Of a stretch of DNA of 64,000 bases, positions 1 to 12,353 are shown piece by piece. This DNA comes from Octopus sinensis (Eukaryota). The first letter of the stretch is position 1. The number at the start of each line of letters is the position of its first letter. Position numbers and translations under genes: made by a program. Below the pieces are notes generated by a model. It was not told the DNA's origin. It saw nothing but the letters and a program-made list of their open reading frames with translations, and did not search any database. The stretch is taken from positions 26,040,001-26,104,000 of the forward strand of contig NC_043001.1 in the NCBI RefSeq assembly GCF_006345805.1, read 5' to 3'.

Positions 1-254
1 TCACGTCTCTGCAGATTAATCTTAATGGTAAAAATTTCAATTCTTTGGATGATGTAAAAAAATACCTTGATTAATTCTTTGCCATGAAACCACCCCAATT
101 CTGGGAAGAGGGTATTTTCAAGTTAAAGGAAAGATGGAGACGCATTGTGCAACAAAATGGTTCATATTTGGTTGATTAAAAATGTAATGGCAAGTATTTA
201 TTGACCTTTTTCTTTCCTTAAAAAATCGGCACAAACTTTCCAGACAACCCAATA
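1..254 (+). mobile_element. Mariner (Tc1/mariner) DNA transposon, 3' end, defective
   Basis: Frame 3 (3-179) reads TSLQINLNGKNFNSLDDVKKYLD*FFAMKPPQFWEEGIFKLKERWRRIVQQNGSYLVD*, a typical mariner transposase C-terminus with an internal stop at 72-74. It is followed by a mariner-type right TIR (221-252, AAAAATCGGCACAAACTTTCCAGACAACCCAA) and TA at 253-254. Confidence 0.88.
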
Positions 255-504
255 TTATGGAAGGTTCTGATTTCAATTGTAAAACATCAGCTCAGACAAT
301 TTGGAAAGTGAAATAAAAATAAATCTTATTTTATTTGAAGGTTTACCAACAATTTCTGCTAGCTGCCTTACACACACAGTAATGACATAGCACACTACCA
401 CATTAAGAAAAGGTGAGCACACCTTATTGAAATTAAGTGAAAAAAGATCTTCTGTCTGTCTCTCCCTCTCAAACACACACACACAGAAACACACACATGC
501 ACAG

Positions 505-537
<33 letters not shown>

Positions 538-1559
538 TAGCTATTTGTGTAACAAACTTATAGACACATGCCCATTACAGTCCTGTGATTCAAGAATCAA
601 CCACTTAGCTTCTTATGACTGCTGGAAAAGATTATTTGAAGAGCACACTTGAACTATTTATGACCTTCCATTCACAAACTATTTACTTTCCATTTTGCTT
701 TTTAATACTTGATCAGAAACTACAAACAATATTTGTTGTCAAGATTTATTGTAGGTACTCTAGATACACAAAGGAGAACTCAAGACTTGATATATTTACA
801 TAGTTTCATAAAGTTCATTCTCTAGAATAAATAATAAATAAAAAAAATAATGATCTTTTCCTGATTTATTTCTCGTTAATAATCGAGACTACATCTTTTA
901 TTGTTAATAATTCAGACTCTTCCTCTTGTCCTGTTATGATATATGGTTACTTGTGTGTGAGTAAATCATTTATTTAACAAGCTTGTAAATAAAGTGTGAA
1001 CACTTTTTCACATGTTAGTCAATGGTATATTGAACATGTGGTTATTTTGTAGGCTTAATATATTTCTTCTTTTTTTTTTTTTATATCAGTTTTTTGTCTT
1101 GAGGAAAGGGTTTTGCCAATGGCCTTTAGAGGCCCTCAAAACAGATTATGTCAATGCTGTTAATGTTCTATTTAAGCTGTTGCAAGTCAAAGACCAGAAG
1201 ATAGACATGTGCTGGGATGGAATTCTAGGGGTTCAACATTCTGAGAAGGGCTAAATTAGATGTAGTGGTCAATGTGGGCATGAAGAGATGTACACAAACA
1301 ATACAAATGATGAGAGGAAGAGAGATGAGGATTTGAAAGTGCTTGAATGGTGATGGGACAAGACCAGCCAATTCCAAGGAGCAAAAGCCATTGTAGTAGC
1401 TATAGAAAAGGCACTTCTACTATCTGTGCTTTTATTCATCTTTCAAGGCAGTTTTGTACAGTATATATTATCCATTTGCCATTGGCATTACATGCTCATT
1501 ATATAGCTGACTTTGTTATAGCCAGCCTCATGATAATGCTTTAAAATGTCACATCATCA

Positions 1560-2200
1560 CACTAGATTGCAAGTACAGGGCCATGAGCTAAACAAATTTG
1601 CCATTTGTATTCTTTCAGCTGGATACAGTCTGAACTTGGTGAAAATAGCAGTGATGAAATAGGGTTTACAGATCAATCATTACTTTCCTTTGTATTTATT
1701 TAGTTGCTTCCACACATCCCTTATAATGCCAAGTTTAGGAAAGGACCATATTGCAGTGAAATGGTGAAATGACTGTCAGCACATTTTGTCTCTGGTAGTA
1801 ATGGAAATTTCAAGAAAATTTAAGATACTAATGATAAAAAGTAGAATTCAAGACATGAGGCAGAAGTATTGAGCAACAAAATGGAAAAGCTGGGGAATTT
1901 TGAATATTTTTGGAATGATATTCTGGAAAGCTTGAATAAAACAAGTAAAAATTTTGTTCTTAAAAGATGTGGACATACTTGTGGCCATTGATCTTCTCAG
2001 GTCTTTGAAAGCTTATCTTCAAGAAATTCGAGTCATATTTAGAGTGTCAAGAACAAGTTTAAGATTAAGTTTAAAAACAAGTCCAGATTCAAAGAAAATG
2101 AAGTGTGCATCCTAACAGAAGATAGAAACATTACCTTCCTATTCTGGACTCTCTGAACTCTCACAATTCAAACACTATATTGTCCACAGTAAAGAATGCA
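1560..2200 (+). mobile_element. Degenerate hAT transposase remnant
   Basis: Frameshifted segments ELNKFAICILSAGYSLNLV (decayed CxxH-SLNLV region, ~1585-1641), EAEVLSNKMEKL, FWNDILESLNKTSK (1908 onward), KDVDILVAIDLLRSLKAYLQEIR and HYLPILDSL occur in the order expected for hAT/ZMYM1-like transposases. Confidence 0.62.
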
Positions 2201-2487
2201 AGATTCTTGCAGAGATGCATAGTAAACTCATTTCAAGTAAGTTAAAACCTGTGTTTTGACAGTGTTAAAAATCACACTCACAATATTTAAGAGCATGGTG
2301 GTTCATTTTCCAGTATGAAACTTACTCTTTGGACTATGGAATATGCCTTTTCTCTTGTACACTGAAAGCAACATCTTCAAAAACATGTACTTTCAATTAA
2401 TTATGAAGCAATTTTCTACAATGAAAAATGCAAATTTTGTAACTGAAAAACCAAGTTTTAATATGTTGGGTGAAAGCAAGGTAGTAA

Positions 2488-2694
2488 GCTGGCAGAATCA
2501 TTACCATGCTGGGCAAAATGCTTAGCAGTATTCTATTTGTCTCTATGTTCTGAGTTCAAATTCTGTTGAGATTGACTTTGCCTTTCATCCTTTCAGGGTC
2601 AATAAAATAAGTACCAGTTGAACACTGGGGTCAATGTAATTGACCTATCTCCTCCCCTGAAATTGCTAGCCTTGTGCCAAAATTTGAAATCAAT
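2488..2694 (+). mobile_element. tRNA-derived SINE family A, older subfamily with alternative 3' end
   Basis: Starts GCTGGCAGAA, has B-box-like GAGTTCAAATTC and the TTTGCCTTTCATCCTTT...AAGTACCAGTT...CACTGGGGTC core shared with the copies at 19769, 26196, 38641 and 47123. Confidence 0.75.
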
Positions 2695-4107
2695 ATGTTA
2701 GGGAAAAATGAGATTAGAGGGCCCTGTATAGTGCTTTCCTTAGAGGCTTCTAATATTCTTATGAAAGTGCAGGGAGCCATAACAACATATGTGAAAACAG
2801 TCTCCTGCTAAGAGAATCATGATTTAGTTAAACCATGTTGCTATTGAATTAACTGGTTATAATGTTCTTATGTATACCACAGACAGAGTAAGCACAGAAG
2901 AATATAAATAACAGCTTGTAGAAGTTATGTGCATTGATAATTGCATAATAATACATCAAACTAGGAAGTGGGATAAGAAACTATGGAGACAAGACAAGAA
3001 ACAGAAAGAAACATTTTCTTCTTCAATGCTAACACAAAAGGACATATGTATATCATTTTATTCCCGGAGAGCTATAAAACTGGAATTTGTTGTCATAATC
3101 CAAGGAATTTGTTCTAGAAATACTATAAGAAGAGAAAATCTGAGAAAGAATTAAATGTTGGAAAATGGCTGGCACAGTGTAATATTATATAATATTACAA
3201 AGTAATATATAATCAATGTATATATTACAAGTAATATATAATCAATGTTTATTCCTCTACTAACAATTTTTTAATGTGTTTTCTATATTGAGTTGGAAGA
3301 AACTGCTTGGAAATTTCCTCTACTGGCTGATACTCTGCCATAAACTGAGACTGAAATCTAATAACAGCATGATAAAACCGAGATGTATAGAAGAGAATAT
3401 GATAACCAAGAATACAACACAATTAGCTTGGAAAGAATTTTAAACAATTGGCCTCTCAAGGTTTAAAAGAAAAAATAGAAAAAAAAAAGCAGTTATCATT
3501 TTCAAACTAATATTTTTTTTTTTGTAATGCTGTGCTAACGACAACTTCTAATTATATTCAATTTTTTTCAATGTTATATTTCAGAAGTTTTGAGACAAAT
3601 GAATAAAAAAAATAAAATAAAGGTATAACACATATGTAGAGGAAACCTTAGGAGTAATATCATAGTTTGACTGTAATATTGTAAATTAGATTTTTGCAAG
3701 CCATAAATTTGTAGCGGTGGATGAAGTTGATTAAATCAACTGATAGTTATTTTATCAACCCCAAAAGCTGTGTTAAGCAAAGTCCATTGTGGGAAGATTT
3801 GTAATGAGAAAACATGAGAAAATGGAGAGATGGATGTAAATAATGACAAGTTATTTTTCAGCATTTCCTTGCTGTGTCACTACTAAATCTACATTTAGAT
3901 TACACCCATTCTAACGTACAAAACATTAAGCATTACAAAACAATAATACTACTGATGCTTCATCCTTTTGATATACCAACGTGCCTGAGATGCCCTCGGT
4001 TCTAAGATACAAACCTCCTGTATTAGAGTGATCTAAATTAAAACTTTCCACCAAAATTTCATGTTAATATCTAATAGCTAAATAATGACAAAATGATTTT
4101 ACAAGAT

Positions 4108-4312
4108 TACTCTTTTACTCTTTTACTTGTTTCAGTCATTTGACTGTGGCCATGCTGGAGCACCGCCTTTAGTCGAGCAAATCGCCCCCCAGGACTTATT
4201 CTTTGTAAGCCTAGTACTTATTCTATCGGTCTCTTTTGCCGAACTGCTAAGTTACAAGGACGTAAACACACCAGCATCAGTTGTCAAGTGATGTTGGGGG
4301 GGACAAACACAA

Positions 4313-4349
<37 letters not shown>

Positions 4350-4513
4350 CGATGGGCTTCTTTCAGTTTCCGTCTACCAAATCCGTTCACAAGGCTTTGG
4401 TTGGCCCAAGGCTATAGTAGAAAACACTTGCCCAAGATGCCACGCAGTGGGACTGAACCCAAAACCATGTGGTTGGTAAGCAAGCTACTTACCACACAGC
4501 CACTCCTCCGCCT
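4108..4513 (-). mobile_element. Full-length SINE family B (tRNA-like head, CORE-like block, internal microsatellite, (TAAAAGAG)n tail)
   Basis: Reverse complement aligns end to end with the copy at 40279-40672. Confidence 0.88.
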
Positions 4514-5269
4514 TCATTATTTTTTAATTCAATTGAAACAATGGCCATGCATTTCAATAGAGATATAGTAACAAAAGGGGTAATGAAGATAAAGTGCCTG
4601 TTTCCAGTTTCACTGAAATACTAAAACATAAAGCAAAATATTTGTGAGAATGAGGAAACCTGTAACTGCTTACACATTACTAGCAATTCATTATTCATAT
4701 GAATATTTGCTTTCTGACAGAACCACTGTAAATGCTTACAGGCAGTTGAAGGAAATAAAGTAAATTTCTGTAGCAGAAGGAATTAAACTGAATTTCAATG
4801 CTTTGACAGCCATAAAATAATCCTTACGTACAGCTAACAGCAGGCTATTATCAAACTCAGAAGCATAGTGCATTTGCCAAATTATAATCACCTCTTCTAA
4901 ACATTTGGAATTATCATTGCATTCTTCTACACATAATGATGAATGTCTGGAATGTTTTGTATATCTTTATAAATTTTGCTTTCTGTTTGCATTTTATATA
5001 AGCTGATGTTGCATTTTTGTTTGTTAACTCTGTCATACTGTAGGAATGTTTCACATTAAAACATAGGTATTAACACACACACACACACACAGAAAATTTT
5101 GTGCTAAATAAATGTGGTGATAAAGTGAAATTGACAATCTTTTTGTCTTTCAAAAGTTGATATTTGAATGCAGAATGCCAGTTGCCCCTTGTCACAATTC
5201 TATAAAGATACACTAATGTGTGTGTGTGTGTGTGTTTGTGTGTGTGCACCTGTGTGTATGGGTTTTTGT

Positions 5270-5456
5270 GTTTTATTTGTTCACCCACCACCACTTGACA
5301 ACAGATGTTGGTCTGTTTATGTCCCATAACTTAGTGGTTTTGCAAAAGAGACCAATATGATTAGTAGCAGCCTTAAAAAACGTAAAGTATGTACTGGGAG
5401 GGTTAAGTTGTTTGACTAAAAAACCTTTCAAGATGGCTGAAACAAGTAAAAGATAA
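5270..5456 (+). mobile_element. SINE family B, 3' half, diverged
   Basis: Contains CTTGACAAC...GTCCC.TAACTTAG.GGTT..GCAAAAGAGACC...GAAACAAGTAAAAGA, matching the family B 3' half. Confidence 0.65.
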
Positions 5457-6093
5457 CACACACACACACATGTAAGCCAATGTCACAGTCTCTATCTTAC
5501 TCCTTCATGTGTGTTTGCATAATGTAATCCTTACTTAAATACCCCTACCCCTGTAATTTTTGCCAGTTACTATGGTTACTACATTGCCACACTAGTGAAA
5601 ATACATCAGCAGTACACCCTTGATATATCTTGATTCAGTCATGGGACTTACACAAAACAAATCTAGTATCTTGACTTGTGTCAAAGAAAGTAAGAGGAAA
5701 AATTTCCTCCTAGAAATTTCAAAACAAAAGGAAAGGGTGTAACAAAAGTGTTTGTATTCTAAACAATGGTATTATTTAAGAGATGTTCTAAAATATATAA
5801 TTTAAAATTAATTGATAATTATGATAAATATTTTCTTTTCTTTCCAAATTGAAGTGTGTTTCTAGTATAATGCCACTCATTAAATATAGAATTAAATTCC
5901 TAGATATAGAAAGAAATGTGCTGGCCATGTCTGGAACTCCTTTGAGCATAGGTCTGCTTGATTAGTGTCAATCAGTGTCTAAACTATAGAATATATAATT
6001 TGATGATCTCAAAGTATGATCATTTTATGAACACATACATGTAATCTGTCTGTCTATAAACACACATATATATACGTACACACACACACACAC

Positions 6094-6181
<88 letters not shown>

Positions 6182-6551
6182 TCCTCCTCCTCATCATCAT
6201 CATTTCCATGCTGGCATTTATACAAAAAACCCCAGCATACATATAACAATGTATTCCTCTCCTATTGATTGGTAAGAACATTACATATACATATAAATAC
6301 ATAAAGAGTGTATCAATAGAATCTTATTTGTTGTTGTTGTTGGAGGTGGTGGTAGTGGAGTGGTTGTTTTGTTGTTGTAATGTTATTAACATTCAACTCC
6401 TTTAATCTCTGAAATATTTTGCAATTATACAACAGGCTGACTAATTTCAATTTTAATTTCCCCCCTTCAAGAACAAGAACAAGAACAAGAAAAAAAATCA
6501 AATTTACTGAATAAGTTACTGATTAATTATTCAAATCTAATTGAGAGAGAT

Positions 6552-6591
<40 letters not shown>

Positions 6592-7022
6592 GGGGGAGTT
6601 AGAATTTGAAATCTAGAACCTTAGATCAATGATTGCTTTACTTATGTTATTGACAGGTAAATCAACAAATGTGTAAACCACCAGCTTTAAAAGAAAGTAA
6701 CTGTAACCAAGTAATCAAAGATATACAAGATTTATATCTTCTATTCAGTTTTTATACAATATAAATAGGCAATTATTGATATGACATATTGTATATATTG
6801 ATAAGACATTTATGTTAGATTAGTCACATTATAGTATTTAATAGTATTGCTCTCAGCTTAGAGCTGAAATTCTGCTGCAGTCAAATTTGCCTTTCATCCC
6901 TCAGGTAGGTTAGATCAACTAAGAAATATACTTCAATTAATTCATATATCTCTAATCTTCTGACAATTAACTTTAGAACTAAGCAAGGAGTCCTCAGCAA
7001 CATGTAACCACTAATGACTTAA

Positions 7023-7224
7023 TCCCTTTGTTACCATATTTCTGTTGAAATACACTGTCTATATTTTAATTAGTTTTGAAAATAATGAGGAACTTAATGA
7101 AATAACTTTGTCATTATTAAGCTGGCGTTTGGAATATAAATTAATGAGATTCTGATGGAAAGTTTTAATTTACATCACTCTAAAACGGGCAGTTTGTATC
7201 ATAGGCAGATTGGTATCAATAGTG
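7023..7224 (+). mobile_element. piggyBac-type MITE (TTAA-flanked), diverged
   Basis: TTAA at 7019-7022 and 7225-7228; the body is homologous to 41430-41645 and to the reverse complement of 34178-34392. Confidence 0.6.
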
Positions 7225-7304
7225 TTAACATGTTCTACAACTGATTCTGTAATTTGGTTTCACTTCTAGATGAAACCATCTGACTTCCCAATATATATAA
7301 ATAA

Positions 7305-7690
7305 CCTGCGTCGGTGATCGTTACCAGCGTTGGTGATCGTTACCTGCGTTGCCTTACTAGCACTTGTGCTGGTGACACGTGAAAAAAATATTTGAGCGAG
7401 GTCGTTGCCAGTGCCACTGGACTGGCTCCTGAGCAGGTGCACATAAAAAGCACCATTTGAGCATGGCCGTTGCCAGTTCCACCTAATTGGCCCTCGTGCT
7501 GGTGGCACGTAAAAGCACCCACTACACTATCAGAGTGGTTGGCATTAGGAAGGGCATCCAGCTGTAGAAACTCTGCCAGATCAGATTGGAGTCTGGTTCG
7601 CCAGACCTCAGTCAAATCATCCAACCCATGCTAGCATTGAAAGCGGACATTAATCGATGATGATGATGATGATGATGATGGTGATGATAT
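7305..7690 (+). mobile_element. Family C: RTE-LINE-like 3' end with (GAT)n tail
   Basis: Ends CCAACCCATGCTAGCA..GAAAGCGGAC.TTAA followed by (GAT)n, with internal GGCAC/AAAAGCACC subrepeats. RTE affinity is inferred. Confidence 0.75.
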
Positions 7691-8325
7691 GTTTAAGCAT
7701 CTATGTGTGTGTGTGTGTGTGTTTGTGTGTGTGTATGTGTGTATTTCTACGCTTATTGAAGAAAAAGAATTTTAAGTGTTTTTTTCACAGTAAAAATTGT
7801 TGCTTATTATAAAAGGTGCCATTATATTTCTTGGACTTATTGTTGCAGTCTGAGAGTGTAGGATTCTTGTAGAAATATATTGGCATTCATTCAACCCATA
7901 CTTACTTGGAAAATGAACTTGAAACAAATGAGCAAATGACATAAATGCATATATATCATCATGTGTGTGTGTATGTATGTGTATGTGTGTGTGTGTGTAT
8001 ACGCATATACATTGAGCTTCTACACATTGACCAAATTTCATTGGTAAACTCAAGTTTATGGCAGAAGATATTTGCCCAAGATGCCATGCAGTGGTATGAA
8101 ACTTCTGAAGCATACAACTATACAAAACACCATCCAACAAAAACAAAATATTAAAAAAGAAAACAGAAATGCCTTCCAACAAATGTGAAACCTTCACTAT
8201 AGTTTAACAGTGGGAAATGGTTAAATCACACTGTTTCAGTGAAGTGGCTTTCATTACAGATATTTAACAAAATGTTACGCTCATAGCACATACAGACAAC
8301 TTGGAATGAAAGAATTATCATCTAA

Positions 8326-8490
8326 GGCATAGGCATGGCTGTGTGCTAAGAAGCTTGCTTCCCAACCACATGGTTCCGGGTTCAGTCCCACTGTGTGGCA
8401 CCTTGGGCAAGTGTCTTCTACTATAGCCTTGGGCTGACCAAAGCCTTGTGAGTGGATTTGGTAGACAGAAACTGGAAGAAACCTGTTGCA
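8326..8490 (+). mobile_element. SINE family B, 5' half; matching tail fragment at ~9278-9338
   Basis: GGCATAGGCATGGCTGTGTG...CAACCACATGGTTCCGGGTTCAGTCCC...CTTGGGCAAGTGTCTTC runs into (AT)n. The tail GTGCTCCAACATGGCCACAGTCAA...(TAAAAGAA)n resumes after the 8701-9235 insert. Confidence 0.8.
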
Positions 8491-8499
8491 TATATATAT

Positions 8500-8536
<37 letters not shown>

Positions 8537-8670
8537 TTATTAGGTTGAAGAAAAAGTTTGTGTGCCAGGTTTTGAAAAATAGTTGTTGCTGTTTTTGAAT
8601 AAATTCTTGCATAAAAAATCATTATTTTAACATGGCACACAAACTTTTCCCTCAACATAGTATATATATA

Positions 8671-8700
<30 letters not shown>

Positions 8701-8701
<1 letters not shown>

Positions 8702-9235
8702 AATTTATCCAGCTATTGTGTATCTAGTACACTCTTCGCCTTGAATGTAATGATATATGTATAATATATGGCGTGTACTGGTACACCGGCGATTATAATT
8801 AATTTTATTGTATCGCATTTATCTTTGTTTACATATTCTCTCGATAAATTTCTGACCGTTAGACGATATACCACAATCCCCTATTTTGTCGGGTTTGTTC
8901 GGAGTCTGCGCAGTGTTTTGAATAGTTTAGAAAGAGCATTTCGATAGACGCACATGGATCTATTGGTATGGTCTTTCCATCGTTAACAGGAATCTTACTG
9001 AAGAGCCAGCCTGAGTAAATAAATACTATTTTTATTACTGAATTTGGCGAAACTGCAGTATAAGAAAAGTTAAGTTTGTAAAAGTTTTTAATTCTCATCT
9101 CACTAAATTTATCCAGCTATTGTGTATCTAGTACACTCTTCGCCTTGAATGTAATGATATATGTATAATATATGGCGTGTACTGGTACACCGGCGATTAT
9201 AATTAATTTTATTGTATCGCATTTATCTTTGTTTA
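8701..9235 (+). mobile_element. Hammerhead-bearing non-autonomous retroelement (retrozyme/Penelope-like), ~1.3 copies of a 404-nt unit
   Basis: Identical 131-bp direct repeats at 8701-8831 and 9105-9235, (AT)n on both outer flanks, CpG-rich relative to its surroundings, no TG..CA LTR ends, and an internal complete hammerhead motif. Confidence 0.8.
8993..9065 (+). ncRNA. Type I hammerhead ribozyme; predicted cleavage after GUA, between 9060 and 9061
   Basis: Helix I TCTTA(8993-8997)/TAAGA(9061-9065); core CTGAAGA (8998-9004); helix II GCCA(9005-9008)/TGGC(9045-9048); GAAA (9049-9052); helix III within the palindrome ACTGCAGT (9052-9059); H17 = A9060. Every conserved core nucleotide is present. 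Confidence 0.88.
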
Positions 9236-11707
9236 TATATATATATATATATGTATATATTTATGTGTGTGTGTGAGTGTGTGCTCCAACATGGCCACAG
9301 TCAAGTGACTAAAACAAGTTAAAAGAATAAAAGAATAACCCTCACAGCTATTGCTTTCCTCTAATAATAATTTTAACAGATGATAAATTTTAAGGATGCA
9401 ATACATTTCAGACATCAGCTTTTTTTTTAAAACCCAAATACAATATTTTAGTAAAAGTTATATCTAAACATTTATTGCACACTTAAAATAGTAATACAAA
9501 TGATTATGATGATGGTGATCCATTAAATCGAATTCCTGATCATTTCGAATGGAATCAGGGAAAAAGAAAAAAAAATTCATATCTCTTTTTCCAATATTTT
9601 GCTGAATACAGAATTTGTTACGTTTGGGAAATAATGATTTTCTATTTCTATATTTTTTGGTTTTTGGCTTTTTTTTAGCAAAAGAAACATAAAAACTTTT
9701 TTATATTTTTGTTTTTTTATATGCAATAAATTCAAAATCATGGACTAAATTTGAACTTATGTAAAAGAATGTTGTTGTTATTATTAGAGAACCATGTTTG
9801 AAACGGTGCCAGTGTTCACTGGAGAAAAAAAATTGTTGAATAGCACAAAGTCAGTTAATCATCATCATCATCATCATCATCGTTGTCATCATCATCATTT
9901 TCGATGTTTTGTAATAAATGTAAACGTATAGAAATATAGAACTATCAAAAAAAAAAAAAAGAAATCTTTATTGTCATTGTATTGGGCATAATAAAAAAAT
10001 TGTAGGAGCTAAACTGTGAGGGTTTACGAATAAAATGCAATGACTCATAACATATCCCAGCAAGGATGGTTAACTTTTTTTAAAACATGTTTTTTTCTTA
10101 CATAAGGGCATTTATTAATGGCATTAAGCCAAAGTGACATTAAGCCTAAAACAACCCTGTTTAATATAATTTGCAAGGCATTTATCATTAAACTATTGGG
10201 CTAATCACCAAAATAATTATCCATGGCTGGCTGTAACTCAAAGGCTTTTTTCCTTTTCTTGATGATCAGTTTCTACCAGAAGGTAAGGATCAGTGTCACT
10301 TTTAGACAAAATCAATTTTGACCACTTATCCTAATTTACAGCTGGTACATATTTTATGAAGCTCAGACAAATGAAACAGAATAACACATCAACTACAGTA
10401 CTATTGAATGTCTTATGTTCTACTCTGGGTCCTCTCCCTTTCTTACTCTCCTTCTCTCTCTCTCTTCCTCTTGCTCTCTCACACATACATATACAGACCT
10501 AAAATGTATTATACATAGAATTAGACAGTTTCAGTTAAAAATCAATAAAATATAGAAAACCAGAAATGGAACAACAGTTCCATAACACCAAAGAGTTGCA
10601 AGGGGAAGAGTTATGAACAAAAAAACATAATGTAGAGGCCAAGTTACTATTGCTATTATTTGACTACAGAAAGCATTCTAGTGAGACAAACAAAGTTATA
10701 ATCTATCAAGTGGTACCATTTACATTGTTTAGTAAGGGAGTTCTGACTGAAGATAATTTCCGCTGAAGCTTTTGCTCACTCACTCAAGGAAACAAAGGGC
10801 ATTGTAAAGAGAACTCAAACAAAATCTCTTCGCTTCAGTCTTTGTTGTAAATTTTTATAGGAATTTCTTTTATACAAAAAAAAGCAACTTATTTAAAATG
10901 AAATGCTTCATTTCTCTGCTAGTTATACATTTCTTCAGAATTGACAGTTAAAAGAAAAAGAGAATCTCTTTCTCTCCTTCTCTCTCTTTAATGCTTTCTC
11001 CCTTTCTCTCTCTCATATTCTTTACTAATTTCTCATATTCTTTTTCAGGCATTTATCGGGAGTCTTTTGTAACTATGTTCCTGTCAACTCATCACTTAAA
11101 TATGCATGTGTCCCATCATTTCTTTTTTTACCCTAGTACATCTCTTTTCTTAACATCTTCAATATAAACACAATATCAGATGTATAAAGAAGGAATTTCT
11201 GAAATTAATCCACCAACTAGTAACAAAAAAAAACCCAAAAAGACAAAAAAAAAAAAAAAAAAGAGTGCCGACCCAGATATTTCCGAGTATTTTTATCTCA
11301 GTTTGACAGTTTTATTAAAAACTCATGACATCTTAGAAAGAAACAGAGAGGAGCATCTTAAAGAATTTCGGTAAGAAATATCAAAGAGTCAAAGAAGAAA
11401 AACAAAAAGCCTTTAGCATTCCTCTGACATATCAAAGTTTCAATATTCTGCTGGTACCAATCTACTATAATGATATAGAAACATTTCTATAGTTTAGCAG
11501 TATGCTGAGTCTTTAAAATAATTAGATATTAACGCATTTCTCATTGATATTCCCATCACATACCAACCCTCCGTCAATAATAATATACTGCATTGTCAAT
11601 AGTTTTAATATATTTCTGTATGAAGAATCTATGTAGAATTAAAATCATGTTATTATTTTCTCTAACTACAATGACATAGATATTGATGTAAATTATTTCA
11701 ATATATT

Positions 11708-11708
11708 T

Positions 11709-11754
<46 letters not shown>

Positions 11755-11952
11755 ATGTATGTAAGTATGTATGTGTATGTGCATATGTATGTATGTAATG
11801 TATGCATGTATGTATGTATGTATGTATGTATGTATGTATGTATGTATGTATGTATGTATGTATGTATGTATGTATGTATATATATATAATATATATATAT
11901 ATATATCATATATATATATCATCATATATATATATATATGTCATCATATATA

Positions 11953-11985
<33 letters not shown>

Positions 11986-12066
11986 TTATGCAAGTTTGTA
12001 TTTATATATATGTGTGTGTGTGTCTATGTATGTATGTACTTATATATGTGTGCATGCATGTGTGTA

Positions 12067-12097
<31 letters not shown>

Positions 12098-12132
12098 GTG
12101 TGTGCATATGTATGTATGTATGCATGCATGTT

Positions 12133-12174
<42 letters not shown>

Positions 12175-12353
12175 ATATGTATGTATGTACTTATGTATGT
12201 GTGTATGCATGCTTGTATGTGTATATATATATATGTGTATGTATGTACTTATGTATGTATGTATATGTATGAATGTATGTATATATGCATGCATGTACTT
12301 ATGTATGTATGTATGCATGCATGTGTGCGCGTATGTATGTATGTATGTATGTA
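11708..12353. repeat. Large compound microsatellite (TG)n/(TATG)n/(TA)n
   Basis: About 650 bp of di- and tetranucleotide repeats; source of the MYVC/YIYI ORFs in the track. Confidence 0.95.

Noticed and set aside
4828-4946. Possible phase-1 minus-strand exon (HSSLCVEECNDNSKCLEEV...)
   Set aside because: Weak acceptor and no recognisable domain; compatible with chance in AT-rich DNA.
8701-8831. Interpreting the 131-bp repeats as LTRs or as a long target-site duplication
   Set aside because: No TG..CA ends, PBS or PPT; the repeats share the insert's CpG-rich composition and are bounded outside by (AT)n, so they belong to the element.
8859-9098. 79-aa minus-strand ORF inside the ribozyme element
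   Set aside because: No recognisable motif; antisense to the ribozyme and of a length expected by chance.
10748-10760. Other CTGANGA heptamers (about 10748, 13094, 34496, 35892; minus strand near 10932 and 16733)
   Set aside because: No pairing helix II followed by GAAA, or no helix I; expected by chance.
11180-11374. ORF ending SADPDISEYF...HLKEFR with a CG|GTAAGA donor
   Set aside because: No usable acceptor (poly-A upstream), no recognisable domain, and the N-terminus is a poly-A artefact.
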